From a virus, in IMG/VR virus record IMGVR_UViG_3300037067_022543: DNA of 64,000 nucleotides. One strand, given 5' to 3'. This document shows positions 37,101 through 46,075 of this stretch, piece by piece. Below the pieces are notes generated by a model. That model searched no databases and was not told the DNA's origin. It saw nothing but the letters and a program-made list of their open reading frames with translations. Within the stretch, counting starts at the first letter, position 1. Every line of letters begins with the position of its first letter. The position numbers and the translations under genes are program-made.

Positions 37101-37142
37101 AAAAGCCACCTTATATGGGTTTCCCCTTACAAGGTGGCTTTT
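37101..37142. terminator. bidirectional intrinsic terminator-like hairpin (AAAAGCCACCTT ... AAGGTGGCTTTT)
   Basis: 12-bp perfect stem with an 18-nt loop, flanked by an A-tract on one side and a T-tract on the other. Confidence 0.55.
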
Positions 37143-37432
37143 AGAAGGCTATGGGCTATTCCAGACCCCTTCCATGCCACCTTGTGATGGGTGGTTCTTC
37201 ATGGCGAATAGGTTCTGGAATAATTAATTTCATTTTATTTTTTCTTTCAGTTCTTTATTTATACAACAAATATAAAAAATATCCTTCTTTTATTACATTT
37301 TTTTTATCACTTATTATTCATAACGTCTTATACTTTAAATTCAGGCATTTTATCAAAACAACCAACATATCCCCCTTAAAATATCTAATAGTGTTCCCGT
37401 TTTTTTCTTTTCTATTAAACTGTTACGCTTTA

Positions 37433-37460
37433 CTTATACCATAAAATATTTTATTGTCAA
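37433..37460 (-). promoter_or_regulatory. sigma70-like promoter (TTGACA-N16-TATAAG) directed toward the tRNA cluster
   Basis: Minus strand reads TTGACAATAAAATATTTTATGGTATAAG. Downstream lie a 16-codon ORF with SD AAGGGGGA, then the hairpin, the tandem repeat and the tRNAs. Confidence 0.4.
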
Positions 37461-37497
37461 CATTTATTTTAAAAAAAATAACATCATAAAAACATTT

Positions 37498-37857
37498 TTA
37501 AATTATGCCAGATTTATGCATAATTTCCATCATCATCCCCCAAAAATTGCCCATGCAATGTTCATATGTTTCTTTGTCTAATAACTTAAGATCAACAATA
37601 GACACATCTAATAATCCGTGACGGCAAACCACATCGTCCCAGAAAAATTCAGTTTTCCATATAATGTATTTAACTTTTTCTAGACGTTTATCTGTCAAAC
37701 CATTTGGACGATAACTTTTGGGTAAAGATACAAAGTGTTTCCATACTTCATTTTTCTTTTCGTCATTTATCATCATAATTATTCTTATTATTAAATATCC
37801 TACTAATTCTTCAATCATTTTGTATCCAATATAATAAATTATTATTTTTTGCAACAA
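37498..37857 (-). CDS. hypothetical protein (119 aa)
   Basis: Minus-strand ORF. Confidence 0.45.
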   Translation of the reverse strand: MLQKIIIYYIGYKMIEELVGYLIIRIIMMINDEKKNEVWKHFVSLPKSYRPNGLTDKRLEKVKYIIWKTEFFWDDVVCRHGLLDVSIVDLKLLDKETYEHCMGNFWGMMMEIMHKSGII

Positions 37858-38030
37858 CTACAAGAACAGTTACATTTGGGGGCATCAGAATCTTCTTTAA
37901 TAAAAAATCCAGAATTGCCTAATTCTTTTTGTTCAACTCTGTATCCACAATCACCGCACCAAATTGGACCAGTAGGTTGCCTGTATTGGCAAACATTTTT
38001 ACTATTGCATCTGGGACATTTAACTTTCAT
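37842..38030 (-). CDS. small zinc-ribbon protein (62 aa)
   Basis: CPRCNSKNVC...CGDCGY...CNCSCSCC. Confidence 0.4.
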   Translation of the reverse strand: MKVKCPRCNSKNVCQYRQPTGPIWCGDCGYRVEQKELGNSGFFIKEDSDAPKCNCSCSCCKK

Positions 38031-38247
38031 ATTTTTACTCCAGTACTATTTTGCCATCTATACTACAGGATGAAAATTTTGCATCATTTACTTGTGATAA
38101 TACTTTTTTAATCATAATTTCTTGTTCTTCAGAGAGTTCATTATTGTTTATATATCTAATAAGATATTGGACAATTATCTTTTCATCTTCGCACATCAAA
38201 CCTTGTACTAATTCATTTAAAGTCTTCGTTTTATTTCTCCTAAAATA

Positions 38248-38649
38248 TTACAAATTATCTAAAGTTCTAAAAATCATAAATAAATTGATAAGGTTTCTTT
38301 TGTCAGTTTCTTTGTACTCGTTATCTCCTCCAAAAGAAACAAAACCTTTTAGAGAAAGTTCTTTGTACCATTGTTCTTCTGCCTCCGGCGTAAGATTAAT
38401 AAACTCTCCAATACACTCTTTTATATCTAAATTAAGTGGATCTGATAATTTTTCTATTGCATCTCTATTAATCCAAGAATATTGTTTTCTAACTATACCT
38501 ATAAATACTTTACAATCAATATCAACTATATCTGGCAAACAAATAGCGACATCCCCAGTCATCTTTTCTAATGACCTGACAATTGCTTCTCCAAATCTTT
38601 TCTTTACTCCAATTTTGCCATCTTTTACGTAGTCAAATATGTTGAGCAT
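38248..38649 (-). CDS. hypothetical protein (133 aa)
   Basis: Minus-strand ORF. Confidence 0.45.
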   Translation of the reverse strand: MLNIFDYVKDGKIGVKKRFGEAIVRSLEKMTGDVAICLPDIVDIDCKVFIGIVRKQYSWINRDAIEKLSDPLNLDIKECIGEFINLTPEAEEQWYKELSLKGFVSFGGDNEYKETDKRNLINLFMIFRTLDNL

Positions 38650-38668
38650 AAAAAAATACTCCTTTTTA

Positions 38669-38896
38669 TCACCATCGGTTTGAATTAATAATATTCTGTG
38701 TTTCTTCGGATTCTATAATTTTTTCTAAATCTTTTCTATTAATACCCTCTGCAAATACAACATCAATACCACATTTTTTACATTTATCTCTAAAGGATTG
38801 AGTGTCCTTATCAACTAAACCAAATGTTTTAGAAAGTTTATTAAAATATTTTTTTCTTTTAATTAATAGTTTTTTAAGGTCAATAAACATAAACAA
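38669..38896 (-). CDS. hypothetical small protein (75 aa)
   Basis: Preceded by promoter 38928..38955 (TTGACA-N16-TATAAA) and SD AAGGA. Confidence 0.45.
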   Translation of the reverse strand: MFMFIDLKKLLIKRKKYFNKLSKTFGLVDKDTQSFRDKCKKCGIDVVFAEGINRKDLEKIIESEETQNIINSNRW

Positions 38897-38927
38897 AATC
38901 CTTTATTTAGTTCTTATTTAATTCTTA

Positions 38928-38955
38928 TTTATACATTAATTTCCTGTATTGTCAA
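38928..38955 (-). promoter_or_regulatory. sigma70-like promoter with A/T-rich upstream element (AAAATAATCCTTGACA)
   Basis: Minus strand reads TTGACAATACAGGAAATTAATGTATAAA; the shared upstream motif also occurs at 51853, 61738 and 63329. Confidence 0.55.
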
Positions 38956-39002
38956 GGATTATTTTTGACCATCTTTCTGACATAATCATCAATAATACTT
39001 TA

Positions 39003-39563
39003 TTAACTATTTTTATTTAATTCTTCTCCAATTCCAATTTCTTTTAATATAGCCATCAGAAAGCTTGTCATTTTAGGAGTGAATCCTCTACGAACAATAA
39101 TTTCATTAAAATCATCAGGAGAAACCATCCCATGTTTATATTGAAATTTTTCACAATCTAAAAATATATTAGTAAAACAGCACAAACTAATCCACATTTC
39201 TATTTCTTGCTGTATTAAATGTCCCCATTTAAATAAAATATTATTATCTTCGGGATATTGTTTGGAATCATCAGTCAAACAATTCTCTAAAAATAATAAT
39301 TCTTTATTCCATACTTCACAATACTTTTCAAACATTGTCTTGTAAGTTAATTCCATTTTAGATTGCAAATCAATAATAAACATACCTTTTTTCCAAGTCG
39401 CATCTATATCTTCTTGTATTTTTTCTTTATTTTCTGGAAATAGTTCTCTAATATATTTTTGATTAGTCAAGCAGTTCAATAGGTTTTCAAGATATGATTT
39501 TGATATTGTTATTGTATCTTGGTATTTACCATTTTGCCATTCTCTATCATAGATCTTTTTCAT
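39003..39563 (-). CDS. hypothetical protein (186 aa)
   Basis: Minus-strand ORF. Confidence 0.5.
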   Translation of the reverse strand: MKKIYDREWQNGKYQDTITISKSYLENLLNCLTNQKYIRELFPENKEKIQEDIDATWKKGMFIIDLQSKMELTYKTMFEKYCEVWNKELLFLENCLTDDSKQYPEDNNILFKWGHLIQQEIEMWISLCCFTNIFLDCEKFQYKHGMVSPDDFNEIIVRRGFTPKMTSFLMAILKEIGIGEELNKNS

Positions 39564-39571
39564 ATAATCCT

Positions 39572-39778
39572 TTATTTTATGTTAAATATTAAAAACGTAA
39601 TTATAAAAAAAACTATTCCTAATATTAAAATTATTGCTTGTATTTTATGAGAAAATTCACAATTTTGTTTCCATTTCCATAGTTCTGGATCTATTTCTGC
39701 AATGGTTCTAGCCCCAGCTCTTATTCTCTTTTCAAATTCTGATTTACCTATTGGTAGCGGAGGCGGCATATAGCTCAT
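39572..39778 (-). CDS. small membrane protein (68 aa, C-terminal TM helix)
   Basis: ILILGIVFFIITFLIF. Confidence 0.35.
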   Translation of the reverse strand: MSYMPPPLPIGKSEFEKRIRAGARTIAEIDPELWKWKQNCEFSHKIQAIILILGIVFFIITFLIFNIK

Positions 39779-40167
39779 TTTATGTCATCTTCCCATATAT
39801 CTTGTTCATATTTAATTCCAGCACAAAAAGAAATGAATAACAATTTTAATACATCCTCACTAAACACTTCTTTATTTCCAATTTCGTTTTTAAACCATTT
39901 TAAAAATGCTTTTTTTTCTGATAGCATGGCATTATAAGGTAAGGGTATATGCTTTTCGCAATAAACTTTACCTTTTTTAATAGCATCCATACAACCTTCT
40001 GGTCCATTCTGTCTAGAAATTCCCCAATCAGCCCTTTCAGAACAAACAACGCAACTATCAGCGTATAAATCTCCTAAGCTTATTAATACTTCTCCAGACA
40101 TGTTGATTGGATAATAAAATTTTAATAACTCAGCAGCATCAGTTAAATTTGTTACATTTTTTTCCAT
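39775..40167 (-). CDS. hypothetical Cys-containing protein (130 aa)
   Basis: Minus-strand ORF with a 4-bp overlap to its neighbour. Confidence 0.45.
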   Translation of the reverse strand: MEKNVTNLTDAAELLKFYYPINMSGEVLISLGDLYADSCVVCSERADWGISRQNGPEGCMDAIKKGKVYCEKHIPLPYNAMLSEKKAFLKWFKNEIGNKEVFSEDVLKLLFISFCAGIKYEQDIWEDDIK

Positions 40168-40191
40168 ATGTTCACTATGTATTATATGATT

Positions 40192-40449
40192 CTAAATATA
40201 TCTACCAATTATTTTTTTTAAACAATGTTGGCAAATGTCACATTTAACTGAAACACCATCGCCAAATACAGATCCATAACCACCAACAAAATCAATGTTA
40301 TGAAATTCTTGTACTTCTGAAATATTTTCTTCTTCGCATTTGTATTCTTTTAGGCATATATCACAAATAATACTTGATGGTATTTTCTCAATTCTTGTTG
40401 CTTCTTTGTATTTAATCATGTTCGTCTGTCTCCATAATCGGTCTTTCAA
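40192..40449 (-). CDS. small zinc-ribbon protein (85 aa)
   Basis: CDICLKEYKC...CDICQHC. Confidence 0.4.
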   Translation of the reverse strand: MKDRLWRQTNMIKYKEATRIEKIPSSIICDICLKEYKCEEENISEVQEFHNIDFVGGYGSVFGDGVSVKCDICQHCLKKIIGRYI

Positions 40450-40663
40450 CTTTTTTAACGGCTGGTGTTCCTATTAGACCGTCAACAGAATATTTTAAAT
40501 ATGGATTACAATTATCATAAGCACAGCCCTTGCCCCAAATGCCGTCCACAACTTTGGCATAGCATTCGTGAGCTTTTCTGTCTTCTCTAATCTCAGGGTC
40601 AATCCAGTTAGATACAGCAGTATTTGTTAAGCCACCACATTTTGCACATTCAATTACAGGCAT
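40412..40663 (-). CDS. small Cys-containing protein (83 aa)
   Basis: CAKCGG... N-terminus. Confidence 0.4.
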   Translation of the reverse strand: MPVIECAKCGGLTNTAVSNWIDPEIREDRKAHECYAKVVDGIWGKGCAYDNCNPYLKYSVDGLIGTPAVKKVERPIMETDEHD

Positions 40664-40674
40664 AATTTATTCTC

Positions 40675-40896
40675 CTATGAACACTGTAACATAAAACCAG
40701 CTTCTTCCATTGGTTTTCTATGTAATTTAACCATTTGTTGAGCAAGGGACGGATTAAATCGCCCCTTAGTTTCCTTCATAATCTTACCCACGACATAACT
40801 TTCACAATCTTCTTGTTTTTTGTTATTAGGATTTTTAAATATAAATTCTTTCATACCAGAATCTATCAAACAGGCAATACTTATTATATCTTTCAC
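40675..40896 (-). CDS. hypothetical small protein (73 aa)
   Basis: Minus-strand ORF. Confidence 0.35.
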   Translation of the reverse strand: MKDIISIACLIDSGMKEFIFKNPNNKKQEDCESYVVGKIMKETKGRFNPSLAQQMVKLHRKPMEEAGFMLQCS

Positions 40897-40905
40897 AATT
40901 TCTCC

Positions 40906-41463
40906 CTATTCAAATTTTTTAATATCTTTGAAAGTGTATGGTTCTAAATAATCAGGATTATCAATTAAGATTTGCTTGCCATAATTGTTTTTAGGATTAA
41001 TAACTAACGGAGATTTAATAATTATAACTCCTTCTGAAAAGACTCCTTTAGCTATATTTCCCTTATCTACTTTAACAATAGTAAGAAAAACAAGATCATC
41101 TGAAGATGATGCATTTAATGCCATTTTATCTTCTTCGCTTGGAGTTGGCTTATAATCCTTAAAAATAAAAAAGGGATCAATACACATAAAGCTAAGTTTT
41201 GTTTCTCCACAAAAGTTCATTATAATAAAAGGGTTACTTTTATCATTAAAAACAAAAGCAAATTCCTTATTGTCTTTAAAACCAGGTAAACCGTCTGGAA
41301 AGTAAAACATCTTTTCTGAAAATCCCCTATTAGAAATAAGATTTTTGTAAGGAATTTTCTTCTTCTGATTTTTACCAAGATATCCCAACATATTTAACTG
41401 AACTAAACTCATTTTAATTCTCCTTGTATTAAAGAAACTTTTATTTGAACCATTTATAACCAA
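40906..41463 (-). CDS. fliW: FliW homolog (flagellar assembly factor / CsrA antagonist family, DUF180)
   Basis: FYFPDGLPGFKDNKEFAFVF, FMCIDPFFIFKDYKPTPSEEDKMALN and IIKSPLVINPKNNYGKQILID are colinear with the FliW motifs (F.P.GLPGF, ID.PF.IF.DY.P...EED, AP.IINL.N..GKQ). The true start may be the internal MSLVQLNML. Confidence 0.7.
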   Translation of the reverse strand: MVINGSNKSFFNTRRIKMSLVQLNMLGYLGKNQKKKIPYKNLISNRGFSEKMFYFPDGLPGFKDNKEFAFVFNDKSNPFIIMNFCGETKLSFMCIDPFFIFKDYKPTPSEEDKMALNASSSDDLVFLTIVKVDKGNIAKGVFSEGVIIIKSPLVINPKNNYGKQILIDNPDYLEPYTFKDIKKFE

Positions 41464-41475
41464 TAGTGTTGCATT

Positions 41476-41892
41476 TTAATCAAATACCATCATTTCATCC
41501 CATAATTTATATTTGTCTTTATTTATACAAAAAACAATTGTAAAATCATCAGAACATTTATCTATTTTATCTAATGATTCTCTTGCAGCTCTAACAACCA
41601 AACAATCTTTCCATAATAAGTTTTCTCCTAACTCCGGAACAAATACTATCTTTTTGTTTAATTTAATTGCTTTATTTATTGATGAAACATATGAATTAAC
41701 AAGTTCTTGCCAATCATTTTTATTAATTTGAGAAGAAGCATTAGATGAACATGATGGAACAGATACAAGTATTATATTAAATTTTTCTTTATATTCACAA
41801 AAAGGTTCAAATTGTGATGGATTCTTATTTTTTTGTACAATTTCAATGTCATAATTTTGATCTTTTTTACTGGTTGTAATTTTAACTTGCAC
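41476..41892 (-). CDS. hypothetical protein, weak macro-domain-like features
   Basis: NIILVSVPSCSSNAS ... KIVFVPELGENL is loosely reminiscent of macro-domain motifs; low confidence. Confidence 0.35.
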   Translation of the reverse strand: MQVKITTSKKDQNYDIEIVQKNKNPSQFEPFCEYKEKFNIILVSVPSCSSNASSQINKNDWQELVNSYVSSINKAIKLNKKIVFVPELGENLLWKDCLVVRAARESLDKIDKCSDDFTIVFCINKDKYKLWDEMMVFD

Positions 41893-41901
41893 CCTAATGG
41901 A

Positions 41902-42099
41902 TTATGCTCCATAATCTACAACTTTAATAAAACCACATTCATAACATCCTTTAAGACATAGTGTATTATGTTTACCCATCCTTTTGCCATTTGATTCCCA
42001 CATAGCATTGTCTAAAAAGTAAGTAAACGTATGACCATGATTGCATAAAAGTTGTTTAAATATCTTTTTAACTCTATTTAAAAATTGTAATATATTCAT
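41902..42099 (-). CDS. small Cys/His protein (65 aa)
   Basis: Minus-strand ORF. Confidence 0.35.
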   Translation of the reverse strand: MNILQFLNRVKKIFKQLLCNHGHTFTYFLDNAMWESNGKRMGKHNTLCLKGCYECGFIKVVDYGA

Positions 42100-42108
42100 G
42101 AAAATTCC

Positions 42109-42573
42109 TTATATTTTGCTAAACCAAATGTTGCAAGCCAATTTCTCTTTACAACTTGGGCACGTAATCCCGTTTTCTCTAGCTTCATCTGCTGTAATTA
42201 ATCTTTCTTTGCATTTATCACAATACATATCAGTTATGCCCTTATCATAATATGTCCTATTGTTCTTGTCAACAATTTCTCTTTCCCATATTATACCGTC
42301 TTTTTGACAAAATAGCTGTATTCTTTTGCCTATTATTTTAATATTTTCCGTGTTGGGAAGAGTAACAAGAGCATATTCTCTTCCTTCTTGTTTATTTTTA
42401 TATAAATGGTCTTTAATATCTTGAGTTATAGATTTAGAATTGATAATATGGTCTATATAAGCAATTGGCCATTCTTTATATAGTGAAAACCCAGTATTAA
42501 AGCATTTGCATTTTTCGTTCTTACAAACAAATTCATATCCTGCTACATTTCTATTTTCTTTAGATTGGCTCAT
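42109..42573 (-). CDS. Cys-rich zinc-ribbon protein (154 aa)
   Basis: CKNEKCKC...CDKCKERL...CPSCKEKLAC. Confidence 0.45.
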   Translation of the reverse strand: MSQSKENRNVAGYEFVCKNEKCKCFNTGFSLYKEWPIAYIDHIINSKSITQDIKDHLYKNKQEGREYALVTLPNTENIKIIGKRIQLFCQKDGIIWEREIVDKNNRTYYDKGITDMYCDKCKERLITADEARENGITCPSCKEKLACNIWFSKI

Positions 42574-42585
42574 TTATTCCTTTTC

Positions 42586-43146
42586 TTAATTATATTCAAC
42601 CATCCAATCATCGGCTAACATATCTTTAATGTCACAAAAAAGTTCATGATCTTCTATATAATTTTCACTTTCCCTTACCAACAGCAGTTCGCCGTCTTCA
42701 GATCTGGAAACAGCAATCATATCCATGCCTTCTCCTCTTGTACGCCAACCTTTTCTACAAGCTCTTTTACCATTAAGAATTTCACGCAATGGAAACTGAC
42801 GACAAACAACCCAACCTTCTAGTTCACAATGCGAATCACGTGAATCACTTAGACCTAATTTATTAATTTCCCAAGGATGTCTTATTCCATTTAAAAAATC
42901 ATCATCTATCCAAATTTCAACAGAACTAATTTGTTCTATATCTGATTTATATTTCCTACCATCAAAATATTCAACTCCTATAACTACTGTTTCTTTTCCT
43001 GTTAAATTGTCATGAACTTTTTCACCAACAAAGAAAGGAAGATTTATGGTTTTAGATGGTGGTAGATTAATTTTAGTTTCTATAACAATATTATCCCCAA
43101 CATTATAATTTATAGTTTTATTCATAGCAATGATATTATTTCCCAT
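42586..43146 (-). CDS. hypothetical protein (186 aa)
   Basis: Minus-strand ORF. Confidence 0.45.
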   Translation of the reverse strand: MGNNIIAMNKTINYNVGDNIVIETKINLPPSKTINLPFFVGEKVHDNLTGKETVVIGVEYFDGRKYKSDIEQISSVEIWIDDDFLNGIRHPWEINKLGLSDSRDSHCELEGWVVCRQFPLREILNGKRACRKGWRTRGEGMDMIAVSRSEDGELLLVRESENYIEDHELFCDIKDMLADDWMVEYN

Positions 43147-43607
43147 TGATCTGATTCCATTATTCTGTCTATTTCTCTTTCACCCATCATGCAACTAACA
43201 TCTACAAAAGCATATGAATTTGGTATATGTTGCCAACCATGTTTTATTTGTCCGAAAGTATATACAAAAATATTAGAAGACTTTCTATTAATTTTTGTTC
43301 CGTTATACTCTTCCATTAGTTTCCAAAAACGTTCTGCCATACTTAAATTAATAAAAAAGCAAAAGCAAATTCTTTTATCAATAATTGCTAATTTAACACA
43401 CTTATTTATTATAAAAAATGTGTTACCAGTTCTTCTACCAAAATCAAGGTGAAGAGTTCTGAAATCCTTATTGACACATTTTATATCATATTTAAGTAGA
43501 TGATTAACACTATTTTCCATATATTCTAACTGTTTTTCTTTTGCAGACCAAGCAAATTCTCTTGCCGCTTCAAATCTATATAAATAACATTTATTAGTTA
43601 CATCCAT
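43122..43607 (-). CDS. hypothetical protein (161 aa)
   Basis: Minus-strand ORF. Confidence 0.45.
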   Translation of the reverse strand: MDVTNKCYLYRFEAAREFAWSAKEKQLEYMENSVNHLLKYDIKCVNKDFRTLHLDFGRRTGNTFFIINKCVKLAIIDKRICFCFFINLSMAERFWKLMEEYNGTKINRKSSNIFVYTFGQIKHGWQHIPNSYAFVDVSCMMGEREIDRIMESDQWEIISLL

Positions 43608-43649
43608 TGGAACGTCTCCTTGCCCTGACTAGGGACTATTTTTAACATA

Positions 43650-44135
43650 TTATACACAATATTTTTTTATTTTTAAATAGAGCTTGTAGAAGTTTTTATC
43701 ATTATATAAAATTCCTATTCCACCATTTTTAATCCATTCTTGAATATTATCTTCTCTATCGTCTATTAAAACAGAAATTGGTGTTGCATATCCCTGCTTT
43801 TCTTCTCTCTGACAAAAAAATGAAGTTAAATTACCAAGGTTGTTTTTTATCCACATTTTCTTACCTTCAAGAGTGTATATTCCATCTTTTTTGTAAGCAG
43901 ACAAAATAATTGGACTGCTTTTGCTGACTAATTTGTAGAGATCTTTTCCATTTTTAGTCCAAGCCATTTCAGACCAAAATTTAACTCCTTGCTTATTAAC
44001 AGTATTCCAAAAAACATCTTGATTTATTTTCTTTTCTTTTATTTCTGATTCAGTCCACATTCCCAAACCAATAAGTGAACCCATTAAATCAGTTATAACA
44101 TCATCCATATCTAAATATATCTGAAACCTTCTCAT
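43650..44135 (-). CDS. HAD-superfamily 5'(3')-deoxyribonucleotidase (NT5C-like)
   Basis: N-terminal IYLDMDDVITDL (DxDxV HAD motif I); size ~160 aa typical of NT5C. Confidence 0.5.
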   Translation of the reverse strand: MRRFQIYLDMDDVITDLMGSLIGLGMWTESEIKEKKINQDVFWNTVNKQGVKFWSEMAWTKNGKDLYKLVSKSSPIILSAYKKDGIYTLEGKKMWIKNNLGNLTSFFCQREEKQGYATPISVLIDDREDNIQEWIKNGGIGILYNDKNFYKLYLKIKKYCV

Positions 44136-46030
44136 TTAGTCAAACCTGCTTCCTTTAAAAATTGACTTGGGTAACAAATCCTATAATTATCTCCAAATCC
44201 ACCTATTTTTCTTTTTCTACAAGATGAAACAAATAGCATTTTTTCAGCCCTAGTCATTGCAACATAAAACAACCTTCTTTCTTCTTCCTCTCCATCTGGT
44301 TCTGTCATTGCTCTTGCGTGTGGCAATATTTCTTTTTCTACACCAACAACAAGAACAACCGGAAACTCTAACCCCTTAGCAGCGTGAATAGTCATTAGTG
44401 TAATCTGATTTTTATTACTACTATCGTCAGATGATGTATATAAGGATATTTTTTGCAAAACTTCATCACAGCTTAACTTTTTATTTTCTTCTGTATTAAT
44501 AGAATTAATAAACTCGTAAACGTTTTCTATTCTATCATTAACATCTTTCCTATTACTATTTTCTAAAACTCCTTCATAATGGATAGACTTAATTATGTGA
44601 GTAAGTATATGAGACGCTTCTTTGTATTGGCAACCATATGCTTCTTTTAGTAAATCAACAGATGCTTGAGACCTTCTTGACAACTTACTATAAACCTTTT
44701 GACAAACATTAACGAATCCTATTTCTCCTTTATGAAATTCTTCTTCTATTATTTTAATTGTTTTTGGACCTATTCCGTCCAATAAGTTAGCCACTCTTGA
44801 AAAAGCGACAACATCTTTATCATTAGCAAAAAGCTTTAGCATAGCCATGCAATCTTTTATTTCAGATCTTTCATAAAAACTAAATCCACCTACTATTTTG
44901 TAAGCCATCCCCATTCTAACGCATGTTTCTTCTAATATTCTGCTCATGAAGTTGGTTCTATATAAAATTACAAAACTATTAGGAGAACAATTAGATGAAG
45001 TTAATAGGTTTGAAATCTTGTTTACAATAAAATTAGCTTCTTGTTCTGGATCTAAAAATTCATTATATTGAACAGGATGACCGTCTTTATTTAGTGTTTC
45101 AAAAACCTTATCTATTCTTTTTTTATTTCTTTTTATTAAGTTATCAGATACCTTAACTATTTGTGGGGTTGAACGATAGTTATAGGTTAATTTTATTATT
45201 TTAATATCTTTATTTTCTTTAATAAAATCATCTATGTTTTCATATCTAGCCCCTCTAAACTGATAAATGGACTGGTCTGGGTCTCCTACCACAAATACAT
45301 TTTTATGTTTTTCTGACAAAAGTTTAATTAAGGCAAATTGAGCGTAATTGGTGTCTTGAGCTTCATCTACCTGCAGATATTGGTGAGAGTTTTGAATTTT
45401 ATTTCTTGGCAAATCATTGTTTTGCATTAATATTATTGATTCATATAACAAACCAGAAAAATCAACACATTTGAATTTCTTTAAATATTCAATATATGTT
45501 TTAGAAACATCTACAAATTTATCTACCATACTTAAATCAGAACAAATTTCAGAAAAAAAATTATTCCAAGAACCTTCTTGTGATAAATCAATTAAATCTT
45601 CTCTGGCTGTATTAATAACATTTGCAATGGCATCAGAATCCATTTCCTTCTTAAATTTTTCATACTTTTGTCTAATAATCTTATTTATTAGATCTTTTTG
45701 TTCTCCAGAATCAAGAATGGTAAAATTCCTTGGCAAATCAGCATAATGTCCAAATTGTCTTAAAACCTTTGCACATAACGCATGAAATGTTCCAACAAAC
45801 ATATTACTGTGATTACTATTTAGTGAAGTGGAAATTCTTTGTTTCATTTCCCTTGCAGCTTTATTTGTAAATGTCAAAGAAATAATATTTTTTGGTTCAA
45901 TACCACTGTTGATTAACCGAACCGTGCGTTCTACTAGTACTCTTGTTTTTCCAGAGCCTGGAACTGCTACAACAAGGCATGGCCCTGTTGTATGGTTGGC
46001 TGCTTCTTCTTGTTTTTCGTTTAATTGCAT
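44132..46030 (-). CDS. UvrD/Rep/PcrA-family SF1 DNA helicase
   Basis: AVPGSGKT (Walker A), TFTNKAAREM, VVGDPDQSIY. Confidence 0.85.
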   Translation of the reverse strand: MQLNEKQEEAANHTTGPCLVVAVPGSGKTRVLVERTVRLINSGIEPKNIISLTFTNKAAREMKQRISTSLNSNHSNMFVGTFHALCAKVLRQFGHYADLPRNFTILDSGEQKDLINKIIRQKYEKFKKEMDSDAIANVINTAREDLIDLSQEGSWNNFFSEICSDLSMVDKFVDVSKTYIEYLKKFKCVDFSGLLYESIILMQNNDLPRNKIQNSHQYLQVDEAQDTNYAQFALIKLLSEKHKNVFVVGDPDQSIYQFRGARYENIDDFIKENKDIKIIKLTYNYRSTPQIVKVSDNLIKRNKKRIDKVFETLNKDGHPVQYNEFLDPEQEANFIVNKISNLLTSSNCSPNSFVILYRTNFMSRILEETCVRMGMAYKIVGGFSFYERSEIKDCMAMLKLFANDKDVVAFSRVANLLDGIGPKTIKIIEEEFHKGEIGFVNVCQKVYSKLSRRSQASVDLLKEAYGCQYKEASHILTHIIKSIHYEGVLENSNRKDVNDRIENVYEFINSINTEENKKLSCDEVLQKISLYTSSDDSSNKNQITLMTIHAAKGLEFPVVLVVGVEKEILPHARAMTEPDGEEEERRLFYVAMTRAEKMLFVSSCRKRKIGGFGDNYRICYPSQFLKEAGLTK

Positions 46031-46075
46031 AAATTTAAATTATACAAATTTTATGAGGTTGTCAATACTTTTAAC

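Noticed and set aside
37151-37444. Plus-strand ORF of 97 aa in the 350-bp AT-rich gap upstream of the tRNA cluster
   Set aside because: It has no SD, runs against the local strand polarity and is hydrophobic low-complexity sequence. The region reads better as promoter or leader sequence for the minus strand.
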